Below are positions 23,488 through 35,650 of a stretch of 64,000 nucleotides of DNA, piece after piece. This DNA comes from Eutreptiella sp. 'Long Island Sound 2002' (taxonomy: Eukaryota; Protista; Euglenida), in NCBI GenBank assembly GCA_964036045.1, contig OZ038378.1, forward strand, positions 140,368,001-140,432,000, written 5' to 3'. Both the position numbers and the translations under genes were made by a program. How positions within the stretch are numbered: the first letter of the stretch is position 1; every line of letters begins with the position of its first letter. The notes under the pieces are model-generated. The model did no database searches and was not told where the DNA came from. It saw nothing but the letters and a program-made list of their open reading frames with translations.

Positions 23488-23829
23488 GCGGCACAGATCA
23501 TTGGCAGTTTGTCTCAGCTGCTGACCGACCCCAACGTGATGGTCCCGTATCTGAAGGAGCTGGTGCCTCAGCTGAAGGTGGCCCTCGTGGACCCCATTCC
23601 AGAAGTCCGTGCGACGTCCTCAAAGGCAGTGGGGGCCCTGGTCAAGGGCATGGGCGAGAGTCGGTTCCACTCCCTCATTCCGTGGCTCATGGAGTCCTTG
23701 AAGACAGAGGGTGCCGGGGTGGAGCGCGCTGGTGCTGCCCAGGCCCTGTGTGAAGTGATCGGGGCACTCGGTGTGGGGCGGTTGGAGACCCTCCTGCCAG
23801 ACATTCTCGCCAACTGCATGCATCCAAAG
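23488..23829 (+). CDS. GCN1: GCN1 exon 8 in window
   Basis: Encodes AAQIIGSL...LVDPIPEVRATSSKAVGALVKGMGES...ERAGAAQALCEV...; AG/GT borders, phase 0. Confidence 0.96.
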
Positions 23830-24039
23830 GTCTGTGCAGTGCACAAGGGGCCCCGGGTTTAGACCCGGACCCCCCTCTCCTCTGGAGTTCCCAATCTGTG
23901 CCAAGTGGGCGTGTGCTAATGTGTGGTGTGGTCAAATGCAAAGAGCACAGCACATACACAGCAAACACAGTGGCAAAATGCAGCATTACACTGGTGACTG
24001 TACTGAACTTTCAGGACGATCGTTGGGAAAACTGGCTAA

Positions 24040-24710
24040 CAATAACCATTTTGGGACACTGCATCAGCCATGGAACAGGCTAGACGGCTCGAAATCACAT
24101 GAAACTTGTTTCAGGTGATGCGCACTTTCTTTGCGGTCGTTTCAAGCTACTTGGACTGCTTGCTGTTGCTTGCTTGCTTGCTGCTGCTGCTGCTGCTGCC
24201 CCTACTGCTAAAATACGTTGCTCACCCTGGACCCTAAAGTGAATTGTAAAGCCTCCACTGTGAGACCCAGCTCAGTGAAGATGGGTTGTAAAACCTCCAC
24301 TGGGAGACCCGGCTCAGTAAATCAAGATTTACCACCCGGACCAAGCTGGGTCCTTGTGATTCTCTTGAACCTGGTTGAAAAACGGCTCATTTTCACCTCA
24401 AAATGGACCACCTCGTGGCACCACGGTGTGAGAGATGCCTGATGGGACACCCATTTGCAATCGTTAGATAGCTCAATCACAGTGGAAGAAGAACAGCCCT
24501 CATTGGGGATACCTACATGACACACAAATAATTGTCCTAGACTTTGAGGCTCATGTTCACCTAAGAATGGACGACTGCATGGCTGCATGGTGTGAGGGAC
24601 CACACACCAGAGGGACGCCTCATTGCACACCCATTTGCAATTAGTTGATAGCACAATAGTTGTGGAAGAACAACGACCCTCGTTGGAGACGCCTACATGA
24701 CACAGTCCTC
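24040..24710 (+). repeat. Repeat family with a unit of about 590 bp and a (GCT)n microsatellite; other copies at about 26770-27600 and 29220-29960 (+) and about 30540-31130 (-)
   Basis: Shared blocks aaaacggctcattttcacctcaaaatggacca and gctgctaaaat..gttgctcaccctggaccctaaa...ggttgtaaaacctcca. Confidence 0.85.
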
Positions 24711-25917
24711 ACAGCGGCAGGGCCAACGTTAGTGCCACCATGATAGGCCACCAAGGCACTGGGATGGGGCCACTATAATAGTATGCTTATACGCCCCACC
24801 ATTGGTACACCGCATAGGCGGAGGAAAATATAATGCTACACAACATGCACCCGCTACAAGTAGTTGCAGAATGCACGCTTGCAGATGAGGTTAGCTTTTG
24901 TGTCCCTGGACTTGGGCTTTGCACCAGGTCTGGTGTTAGCTGACAAGCCACGGGCAACTTAGCTACCGGCTGCTTGGCCAGCTCATTCATGAACTGCTGG
25001 TCACGCTCCAGCTAGCCAGATGCATCTTTGGGGTAGGCATCAGGCACCTTGTGCCACTCTCCACGGATGAGTACCTTGGGACACGTGTCCTCCTCTATGG
25101 CAGGAGTGGGCATGGAAGGTTGCGCCTTGGCCTCTGGGCCTTATATGCTTTGCTCGGCATCCTTGAGTGGGGTGGGCGTGGCGTGAACACTCTCCTTGAT
25201 CCCCGAAAGTGCACCGTCAACTTGGGTGCTGGGGGGGGACTCAAGAGGGCAAGGAAGCTCAATCACGCCCTCCAAATCATCACGAGGCGGTTCAATGACT
25301 CGCATTGCGTGATCAGCATTAACAACTCTCAACACATAGTCGACAAAACTTGGACCCATTGGGGTGAGGGACATCCGAAAAAGAACCCCGGTGATCCACC
25401 ACCACCACTTTGAAAACCACAAGACCAACCGTCCACTTGGAATCCCAAGGCCCGGTGCTTGGTGGTTAAGCAAAGCTTCTTGAGCTCCGATAAGAAAGGA
25501 CGAATCAAATGGATGGAGCTCAAGGGTTCCCACCCAAATAATGAAACGCTCCAACCGGACACAACAATCGAAGGCATACACAAACCTGTGCAACCCTCCT
25601 TTGTCATCGGTATTAACCACAAAAGTGTGGCGACGGCACCAAGCCATGTTGTTTAGTGTGGAGCCAGATTCAACTATTTGCATCCGCCTAGACACTCTCT
25701 TGATAAAAGCAACCGCAAGATTCCACACGTGGTTCATCGGCTTCCATGTGGTAGAGCTCTTGGGTCAGCCAATACAAGACATCCTTGTGCGTCAACCAAT
25801 CTCCCACCCCCAAAGGGATTTTTTCGCTCGGGATGGTACCTCGAGTACGCCTTTTTAGAAGTGGGAGGGTCGACAAGGGGCGCACTTGGCAAGACCTTCT
25901 TGCCCTTCATCTTCTTT

Positions 25918-26053
25918 AGAGCGGGGGACAAAATTAGCAGTGGCCCACAAGTGTGCGGAGTGGCTACATAACCCCTGCCGTCTAGGGGGTCCCCAACACT
26001 TCAGAGCGGGGACAAAATCGGCAGCGGCTCACAAGTGGGCAGATTGGCTACAT
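25918..26053 (+). repeat. Direct repeat of about 85 bp, 1.6 copies
   Basis: agagcgggg(g)acaaaat...cacaagtg...tggctacat at 25918 and 26003. Confidence 0.8.
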
Positions 26054-26059
26054 GCAGGC

Positions 26060-26760
26060 ATTTTTTGTTTTCAATAAAATTTGGAATTTTTTTCTTTGCG
26101 GTAAGTTCGTGTAATTTTTTTTTGCGGTAAACGCGTGTACAAAAAAATTGTCAAGCCGTATGATTTTTTTTTGCAGTAAACGCGTGTAAAAAAATTGTCA
26201 CCACGTGTACTATTTTTTTTTTGCGGTAATGCGAGTACGGGTTTTCATGACTTACCGCAAAGAAAGTTACACAATACAAAAAAAATTTTGTCACACACAT
26301 TTACCGCAAAAAAAAACCACGTATTACAACATACACTTGCAAGTCTTTTCTTGAGCCTGATTTTGTTCACAATGCCGGCACACTGGGGTTGGCCATGGCC
26401 CCGTTAGCACTCTTTTCTTCGGCCTGATTTTTTTGTTCTAGTGCCCATGACACTATGTGATACTATGTTCTGTTGGCTGAGTCCCAACTGATTGGTGGCC
26501 ACACAGAGTACTGGGTGGTTTGTGGATTCGTCCCATCATTAAGGTCGCTATGGGGTGCCGTACGGAACCGGCTTATGTACGTATTGCGCATGTATTGCAA
26601 CAGTCCCATTTCTTTCAAGTTTTCAATTTTTTTATACTTTACACGACTTACCGCAAAACAACTCTATTTTTAAAATGATCTACACGACTCACGGCAAAAA
26701 AAAAATTACACAACTTACCGCCAAAAAAATTACGCGACTTGACAATTTTTCACCACTTGC
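26060..26760. mobile_element. DNA transposon termini with TTACCGCAAAA / TTTTGCGGTAA subterminal repeats
   Basis: ttttgcggtaa arrays at about 26090-26230; inverted ttaccgcaaaa arrays at about 26250-26320 and 26640-26740; both right-type ends finish in cacttg. Confidence 0.55.
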
Positions 26761-27929
26761 AATCCTCTTGACTGTTAAGGATGATCGTTCTTAAAAGCGG
26801 ACTGCAAAACGGCTCATTTTCACCTCAAAATGGACCATCGTAGGGCACCTCAACGTGAGAGATGCTTCATTGAATGCCCACTTGCAATCACTTCATAGCC
26901 CAATTGTAGTGGAAAAAGAGCAGCCCTCATTGGAGACCCCTATGTGACACATGGGCAATTGTCTTGAATTTATAGGATGACCGACGTGAAAATTGGCTAA
27001 AAATGGCCATTTTTGGACACCAAATTGGCCATAGAACAAGCTAGATGGCTCAAAATCATACGAAACTTGTTTCGTGTGATGTGCATTTGCTTTGTGGTCA
27101 TTTTGAGTGACCTCGGTTCCGGTTTTGAGCAACAGTGCCCCAAATAATATTTTTCATGCACTTGCTGCTTTCGGCTTTTTGCTTGCTGCTGCTGCTAAAA
27201 TGTGTTGCTTGCTGCTGCTGCTAAAATGCGTTGCTCACCCTGGACCCTAAATTTGGTTGTAAAACCTCCATTGGGAGACCCAAGTCGGTGAAAATGGGTT
27301 GTAAAACTCTACTAGGAAAGACACAACTCCATAATCAAGACTTGCGACTAGGACCTAGTTGGGTTTTTATGGTTCTCCTGAACGTAGTTGAAAAACACCT
27401 CATTTTCTCCTCAAAATGGACCACAGCATGGCACCACAGCGTGTGAAATGCCCCATTGAACACCCTTTTGCCATCATTAGACGGCCCAATCACCACGGAA
27501 CAAGAACGGCCCTCATAGGAGAGTAGGAGAGGCCCACATGACACACAATATCTTGGACTTACCAGGCATGGGTGCAATGAAAAAAGACAATGCAACGTAC
27601 ACTTGCCACAAAGAGGGTTCCAAAGGGCACAATGATGCACAACTATGGTGCTATGCATGCCAAAATTCAGTCCATGAGGTGCAACACTTGAAATTGGTCA
27701 TGTGATTACCCCCACTTACGGTAAATTACGCGTAATTACGATAAATTACGAAATTATGGAATTTTACGATCGTAACCGTGGCCTACCCCTGCATGATGGG
27801 TGTAGCTCAAAGCGAGCACAGAGCAAATGGGCATCACGTAGAATAAATTTGGTTTGATTTGTTTATTTATTTATGGCCAATTTAGTATCAAAAAATGACC
27901 ATTTCAGTCTATTTTGAGGACGATATGCA

Positions 27930-28620
27930 TTGCCGTGCACAACCGGTATCAAAAGGAAACACAATTCCACTTCCGGGCCATCGAAAGCAAGTTATTGTAC
28001 AATGCTCACGGCGGCCGTACGGGCAGCTCAACTCCTTGATGGGCCGTATGAGGCACAAGCCGACAGGTTTATGTGGTGTACAGTGTGTGACGTGGTCATT
28101 AGGCATGACCACAAAAACTTTGCAGTGTCACACATGAATTGCAACTCAAAACACAAGGCATGCGTAGGTGAGGCAAAGAAAACACCGGGGGCTGAAGATG
28201 AGACGCCACCGGAATGTACCACCAGCCTAGAGGAAGCTGAACTTGAAGTCCAATTGAATGCAAATTTCACTGGGGGCCGGGATACCTATAGAGAAAGCGG
28301 ATCACCCTTCAATGCGTGGGTTCATGAAGAAGTACACAACAATTTCTGGTGTGTTGCACTCTGCTGCTGATTTGCGTAAGGAGGGCAACATTATGACGGT
28401 GCTGAATGTTCACAATCGTGTCATCTGCCGCCGCTTGGAATGGGTTGCATTGAAGGGCACGCCTCATGCCTAGGTGTTGTTTGACGAATGACCCGATAGT
28501 GTGGGGAACGCCGTGGTTGACATCCTGGTAAGTGTGGGGAATTAGTCGTATGTCGTCCAAACCGTCACCTTAGAGTGTCACGGCCCCAACATGGGAGTAG
28601 AGGACACAAAATTTGTGGCT
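27930..28620 (+). pseudogene. hAT transposase remnant (CGGBP1-like N-terminus plus the start of the RNase H-like core)
   Basis: LTAAVRAAQL...FMWCTVCDVVIRHDHKNFAVSHM; after a frameshift GAGIPIEKADHPSMRGFMKKY; then VLFDE*PDSVGNAVVDILV, matching the hAT first catalytic DE.TD..G motif. Frameshift and stops present. Confidence 0.78.
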
Positions 28621-28659
28621 TACTGAAAATTAAATTTTGTGGTGTGCCTGCACGTACTT

Positions 28660-29010
28660 TTGGTTACAAAAAGTAGGACCCTAGGGCTTGTGGCAGTCAT
28701 CATGCTAAAAAAATGAAAATTCTTGGCATGCCAACACGGACTACTGGGTGCAGAAATTCGGACCCTGGGAGCTATGGCAATTGTCAAACTAAAAATTAAA
28801 AATGGTTGGCACAGATAATAGGGGCTGTAACATGCAAAAGTCAGGACCTTGGGAATGCAGCAAACATCGGACTAAAAATTACAAGGGCCTGGTGTACTAG
28901 CAGAGGTTGGAAGGTGAACAAATGAGGAACCTGGACCCATGACAAGCATCAGACGGAAATAATAACATTCATGGGCCGCTAGTAGGGGCCAACAAGCAAC
29001 TAAAAGGCAC
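28660..29010 (+). repeat. Degenerate tandem repeat of about 85 bp
   Basis: aaaagtaggaccctaggg, aaattcggaccctggg, aaagtcaggaccttggg and aatgaggaacctgg recur at intervals of about 83-87 bp. Confidence 0.55.
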
Positions 29011-31472
29011 TAGGCTTGCATAGCATGCATCCAATCACCATTGGGAACAAGCGGAATGAACAGCAAAGATCTAGAGAGAGAGCTCACCCATGTCCATCCA
29101 CAAACATTGAGATACCAAAAACATGGGCACCGTAATTGGCGTAAGTATCGTATTTACAAACGTAATCAAACGCCGTTATTATCGTAATTACAGCGATTGT
29201 AATCTCAGCCTGGCCCTGCGGTCATGATTCTGCGATCATGATTTCGAGCAATGGTGTCCCCACAAATAGTTTTTAAGTGCCTGCCGCATGCTGCTTGCTG
29301 CTACTGCTTGTTATTTGCTTGCTTGCTCCCGTTGCCAAAATGCATTGCTCACCTGCTATTGCTATCACTGCTTGCTTGCTTACTAGTGTTGTTGCTGCTA
29401 AAATTGTTCACCCTTTAGCCTGTCAAAACTAGGACCCTGCTGGGTCCTTGTGGTTGTCTTGAACTTAGTTGAAAAATGGCTCATTGTTCACCTCAAAATG
29501 GACCATGGCGTGAGAGATCCCGCATTGGACACCCATTTGCAATTATTTGAAGGTCCAAGAATTGTGGAAGAAGCCTGCATTGGAGACACCTACGTGACAC
29601 AATAGCAATTTTCCTGAATTTTAAGGACGGTTGTCCTGAATACAAGCTGAAAATAGCCGTTTTTGGGCACTAAATCGGCCATACGACAGGCTCCACGGCT
29701 CGAAATAACACGAAATTTGTTTCAGGTGATGCACATATGCTTTGCGGTCGTTTTCGCCCACTCCAATCATGATTTTGAGCCATATTGTCCCCCCACAAAT
29801 AGTTCTTGACCGCTTGGTGCTTGCTGCTGCTTAGTGCTTGCTGTACCTGCTGCTGCTGTTTGATGCTGAAATACATTGCCCAACCTGGAGCCTATCAAGA
29901 CTTGCAAACAGGAGCGAGTTGGGTCTGCTGAATACCCATTAGCAATCATTTGATAGCCCAATTGCCATTAAAGAATGATAGATTAGTTTCTATGCAAAGC
30001 ACACATAGAAAGTGGCTAAGGTAAGGCACACTTGCCACATGCAAAGACCGCGACCTCCCCTACACCCTTGGCCATGACCTATCTTTTCCCCGGCAAAGCA
30101 AAGCCCAATTGACCAACGCCTATTCAACATCCCCACATCCTTTCATTGTCCCGTAACATGCAGCTACGTTGCCGCACTGTGCACGGCAGCACAGGTGCAC
30201 ATAGCCACAATGCAGCCTGTGCACCAGAGAACAGGTGCCTGCAATGGCAGTGCACCCACATGCACTAGAGCATAGGTGCCTGCAGCCGCAACAGTGCCCT
30301 GTACACCAAAGCGCAGGTGCATGTGGGTGCCATGCAGGTTGTACACCCTAGCACAGGAGCATGCAGGAGCATGCAGCCACAGCCAAGCCCTTTGCACTGA
30401 AGCAGAGGTGTGAGAGGTGTGTGCTGCTGCAATGCAGCCCTGAGCACTACAAGCAGGCGCATGTGCATGCAGCCGCAATGTGGCCCTGTACAGTGGAGCA
30501 CATGTGTGTGCACCTGCAGTGCATTCCTCAGTGGCTGAGAGACGAACATTTGAAAGATAAGTGGTTAACAAGCTGGGTCTCCCAGTGGAGGTTTTACAAC
30601 CCATTTTTACCAAATTTGGTCTTCCCAATGGAGGTTTTACAACCCACTTTATGGTCCAGGGTGAGCAACGTATTCTAGCAGCAGCAAGCAGCAGCAGCAA
30701 GCAACAACAGCAAGCAGCAGGCACACAAAAAGTCTTTTTGGGACACCATGATTCCAAACTGGCATCAAAGTAGCTCACAACGACCACCAAGCAAATATGT
30801 ATCATCTGAAACAAGTTTCATGTGATTTTGAGCTGTCCAGCCGATTCTATGGGCAATTTGGTGTCCAAAAATGGCTGTTTTCAGCCTGCTTTCAGGACAA
30901 TCATCCTGAAAATTCAGGACAATCGCCAGTGTGTCACTCCAATGCATCTCCAATGCATCTCCAAGGCATCTCCAATGAGGGCCATTCTTCGTCCACGTTG
31001 ATTGGAGCATCAAATGATTGCAACTGGATGTTTAATGAGGCGTTTCTCATGCCGTGGTGCCATGTGGTGGTCCGTTTTGAGGTGCAAATTGGCCGTTTTG
31101 CCAAAAATCTAGGACAACACATTTTGCCAGTAGATAAGTCAAGAGGGAGTCAGGCGTGAGGATGTAATCGTGCAGCAGTGCACAGGGCTGCAGTTGCCCT
31201 TTCTGCTACATGCACCTGTCATCCAGTGCATAGGGCTGCACTGCAGCTGCACATGCTTAACCGCCAACTACCCTTGGTTAACCACCAACCGCCATTGATT
31301 GGCAGCTACTATAGAGACCACAAATCCCGCAGACAGTTGTTTCATTTATTTGTTCTCAAGCCAATGGCCATATGCAGCATAACTTGCATTCCCATCCACT
31401 GCCTGCGTTGTTCTCCCTTCTGATGCCAATTTGTTGTCTCCCTAGTCATCTTTTTGTCGCTGCTGTTCACAG

Positions 31473-31665
31473 GCACACGTTCGCGAGGGTTACATTCAGC
31501 TCTTTGTGTTCTTGCCACACGCACTGGCGCAGCAGTTCCAGCCCTACCTTCAACGTGTCCTGCCCCGTGTTCTCGATGGGCTGGCGGACGAGGCAGAGAT
31601 TGTGCGCACAGTCTCCTTGCGGTCGGGACAGATCATTGTCAAGAATTATGGGCAGCAGTGCCTCG
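31473..31665 (+). CDS. GCN1: GCN1 exon 9 in window
   Basis: Encodes AHVREGYIQLFVFLPHALAQQFQPYLQRVLPRVLDGLADEAEIVRTVSLRSGQIIVKNYGQQCL. ttcacag acceptor, g|gttctc donor. Confidence 0.95.
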
Positions 31666-32607
31666 GTTCTCTCCTCCCTGGCACACATGGAGCAGCGGGT
31701 TGTCATTTGGGGGGCGGGGGGCAGCCAATCGTGCCCCCTAACAGCTCAGAGGGGAGGGGATGGGGTCTGAGCCTGGGGCTCAAGTGACCAGGACAGTTAG
31801 TCAGTCACTGAGAAATCCGGTGCCCAAGAATCCTTTTTGTGTGTGGGGGGGGGGGGGGGGGTATGATAGTGGAGAATGTTTCATTGAATGCTGGACAAAT
31901 GATGACGGTCCAGACCCCCTTCTCGTGCTAATTTGAAATTGTTTTCAGTTCTCCTAAAATTTGGTGTCTGGGGGCTTTTGAGGTGGTGTGGTCAATGGAT
32001 CCCCCTTTCTTGGGGGTGGGGTACGGCCATAGGGCTCTACCCCCCAGAAGTCTGGGAGCTCCTGTTGTTACATGTGCACATCTGTGTTTGTCTGAGACCA
32101 CGATGATGTGCCCTGTGCCCAGGGGCCGTTGTGTGGCTTCATTGTTTTGACACAGGGGGCATGTGCCTGGTGGTTGTGCATGCGGTCCCCGCCGGACCTC
32201 ATCTGCTGCTGCAGCACGTCTCGCAGGGCCACCCAAAAGGGCAGCGCCCGCACTGCCCAGTCCCCTCTCATGTTGCGGTGTCGCTTCGTTCTTTTGTCGC
32301 ACAGCCCCTGTGCTGCAGTTGTACCTGGCTGCCACGACGCCATGCGTGTCTGTCGCTATACCGCTGCTTTGTGTTGTTTACTGCTCTGATGCGGTGCTGC
32401 TATGGTGGCATCTGTGCTGATGTGCTGTGCTGGTGCCCTCCTGGCTCACTGCATGGCTATGCCGTTGCGCAGCTTGCTGCTAAAACCCCACCAACGGACT
32501 CCCATTTTTAGCGACTGTGGCATACTGGGGCATGCTGCGGCTTGCTGCTTGCCGTTGTGACACACAGGCATGCACGCCAAAATAAACCGAGACATAGATC
32601 CATACGT

Positions 32608-32659
32608 ACACACAGATACACACACGCACACGTACACACACACACACACACACACACAC
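32608..32659. repeat. (CA)n microsatellite
   Basis: acacacagatacacacacgcacacgtacacacacacacacacacacacacac. Confidence 0.9.
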
Positions 32660-33901
32660 GGTTGGCATGGGGCGCACAGCAGTGACACAGCAGTCCAGTG
32701 GCCCACACACAGGCACCGCAATACAGCAATGGCACAGCACATCAGAAGAGGGACACAACAACGCTTTTTTTTTTGTCCTGGAGAACATGCAAAGGCTGGA
32801 CAGACAAATCCCTTTAGTCAATGGAATTGTGCTCACTCAGTGTTGCCTTCAATTTGGTTGCCCTTTTGTATACGCAAAAACCCAGTTTTTGCGAACACGA
32901 GAGCCATGCAAAGACCCTGAAAAATAGTACCAGGCTTTCACAACTACTACAACGGGCTACAATGGGCACAGTCTGTGGCCAGAGAGGACTATCTTAGATG
33001 CGGACCAAAGGAAGGGGGGGGGTTTAGGGATACAGAGTCACAAACTGCTTCTGTTTATTGACCAAAATGGCGATTTACCCCAACTCCAAATTTTTGCTGC
33101 ATTTTCATCAATTTGCTGGGAAACTCGTTTTCGTATTAACAAGGTAAGTAGACCTGGTCGGGATGTTTCCTAACATCCCACGATCCAACATCATTGTAGG
33201 GGTGTGCTTTTGGTGGACAAAATTGTGTAAGGAAAAGCGTTGGGATCTCCAATGCGCTGGCTTCCATGTGCATAAAGCTGCAGTAAGGTCAATGGATTAC
33301 TTGGGTGCCCAGTCTATTGATTAATCAGGAAGGAGTCAGCGGGGTCTGTGGTAAAACTTGGAAAAAAAAAGCCACATGGCACACACGATGCCGCACAATT
33401 TCCCAGCATCTTCCCACTTTTGTGCATCAGTGAGCCACAATGCTCACTTGTACCTTTTGAAATTGCCGATTGCAACCAAGCGGATGTGATTGTGGTGGTT
33501 TTTGTGTGCTGCACAGCTCCCTGAGGGTTGCCCTCAGTCCTTGACATGTCAACAAATAGATGACAAAGATGGATATGAGGCTTTGGGACAAAAGAGTCAC
33601 AGACAAACCCTCCAAAGACAAACACAAATGAATGCATCATTTCTGGTATCAATAAAGTGCTGTTTGGACAGGCCGGGGTGCATCTGAACAGGTCGCCAGC
33701 CCCCCCCCCCCCCCCCAAACACACCACCACTGTTGCAGGAGGCCGGCAAAAAAAAAGTTCTGTCAGACCATTGGCCCCTGGGTCTGTCTGTTTATCTCCC
33801 TGTACAAACCCTTTCTGCTCTGCACTTCATTCTTCTCCTCCACAGGGCGATCTTGGATTTCATTTCTTCCTCTTTTGTTGAATTTTTGTCAAGGACTGCA
33901 C

Positions 33902-34261
33902 CAAGGCGGTCTTTAAGGGACCAGATTTTATTTTTTTTGTTAAGGACCGCCCTTAAGGACCGCCGCAACCACTAACCGCCAACTGCCACCAACCGCCAAC
34001 CGCCAACCACCAACCACGACCAACACTCAACCGTCAACCGCTGCCAACCGCCACCAACCACCCATCACCAACTGCCAACTGCCGCCAACTGCCGCCAACC
34101 CGCCGCCAACCACCAACCGCCAACCGCCAACCGGCAATCTCCACCAGCCGCCAACCGCCAATCGCCACCAACCATGGTTGAACATATGAGCTACACGCGG
34201 TCGTTTTTGAAAAAACCATGTGCCGGAACAGTTTTTTTTTTTCCCGTTAAGGACCGCCCTG
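33902..34261 (+). mobile_element. hAT-like MITE with an internal (AACCGCC)n array
   Basis: TIRs caaggcggtctttaa / ttaaggaccgccctg; 8-bp TSD gactgcac (33894-33901 and 34262-34269). Confidence 0.9.
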
Positions 34262-34493
34262 GACTGCACTCAAGGACATTTCCCTCCCAACTGCTGTTGA
34301 ACACCCTCCAATCGTCGTCAGATACTCTGCAACCACTGTCGGTCAACCCTCTAGCTGTCGGTGGTTACCTGTCAACCCACGGGCTCCGTGTAGCCGACGG
34401 CAACTGCCGGTTGCAACTGCCAGTCACAGCCTTACATCTGCATGCTCAGTCGGCATGCACCCTTGCCTTCCCCGTGAGCCTCTCGCATCACAG

Positions 34494-34745
34494 GCCTGCT
34501 GTTACCGAAGTTGGAGGATGGCTTATTCTCAGACAACTGGCGCATTCGCCACAGTTCGCTCTTGCTCATTGGCGATTTGCTGATGCGGGTGGCGACCGCA
34601 GCCATGCCCAAGAAAGGCAAGGTGAAGACCAAGGCACAGCTTGCAGAAGAGGCTGAGGATGCCGAAGAGGAGGAGGAGGAGGAGGACGAGGACGAGGAGG
34701 AGGAGGAGGACGAGGACAAGGAGGGAGAAGAAGGGGAGGGTGAAG
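34494..34745 (+). CDS. GCN1: GCN1 exon 10 in window, with a basic patch followed by an acidic tract
   Basis: Encodes (G)LLLPKLEDGLFSDNWRIRHSSLLLIGDLL, then KKGKVKTK and an E/D tract. cacag acceptor, g|gtatgc donor. Confidence 0.92.
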
Positions 34746-35486
34746 GTATGCGGTGCGTTCTAGTACTCTGTTGATTGGGAATGGGATTTGACAGTCAGCT
34801 AATCCCATAAGCACCATGCGCAACATGTATGCGTTAGGTTTTATTAGTTGCCACCCCTGGATCATCACCATTGTTAAGGAAGGAGGGGCTGTGAGTGTGA
34901 GGAAGGCACAGGGCTCCTCCATCACCGCACAAGCTGACAGTCTCCCTTGCCTCCTTTGCCCGCTACCAATGTGCGGCGATTAGCGGCCAATGGTGCATCA
35001 GTTGAACGGGATCCGCCTCTTGGGGGGGGGGGGGGGGGCAAAGCAAGTGTCGTCAGTTTCCAACCACAAGCCATTGTCTTTAGTTGGTGTTGCCTCGGGT
35101 GGCTGGCTTAGTCTGGTCCATGCCCCATGCGCTAGGGCCCATGCATGTGGTTTATGCATGTGGTTTGTGCAAGGTCGTGTAGGCATTCAGCATGGGATGA
35201 ACACAGCCTCCGAGGCTGTCTGACCCATTTCCGTTAGCAGGGGCCACTTTGGGCATCCGTTAGCAGGGGCCATTTTGGGCACGTGGTGCTTCGCCGCACA
35301 ACCCCCTTGTGCCCTTGTGCCCTCAGTCACATTTCTGCCGAACCAGGCATTGGGCCTGCGGTGGCCAATTTCTGCGTGCTTACCTGCGTTGGATGTAGCC
35401 CAGCCCACACCGCTCCCGCACCAAGTACGAGGGCAGGGGCATGGAAGCGCAGCCCAGTCCCGACATCCTGCATGGCCCGTTTGCAG

Positions 35487-35650
35487 ATGCGGACTTCCTG
35501 TCACAAGGCGGCGGGATGTCGCTGCAGGATATGAAGCGCATGCGATCAGACAGGACCGCAAACTCCATCGTGGAGACCCTGCGGAATCTCGTGGGCGACC
35601 CCATTGAGAAGATCCTGGCGGTCATTTACATGATCAGGAGCGATGTACAG
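35487..35650 (+). CDS. GCN1: GCN1 exon 11 in window
   Basis: The tttgcag acceptor at 35480-35486 gives the required phase 1. (D)ADFLSQGG...KILAVIYMIRSDVQ matches RVLAGLYMGRSDTQ. cag|gtattg donor. Confidence 0.85.

Noticed and set aside
27796-27830. tRNA gene (gggtgtagctcaaa, A-box-like)
   Set aside because: No B box or cloverleaf follows.
31666-31700. GC or non-canonical donor after ...GSLLP
   Set aside because: The GT donor at 31666 with the acceptor at 34493 gives CLGLLLPKLEDG, which matches orthologues better.
34746-35486. Non-conventional (euglenid-type) intron or missing micro-exon between exons 10 and 11
   Set aside because: The apparent phase conflict disappears with the tttgcag acceptor at 35486. 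No junction in the window needs a non-conventional intron.
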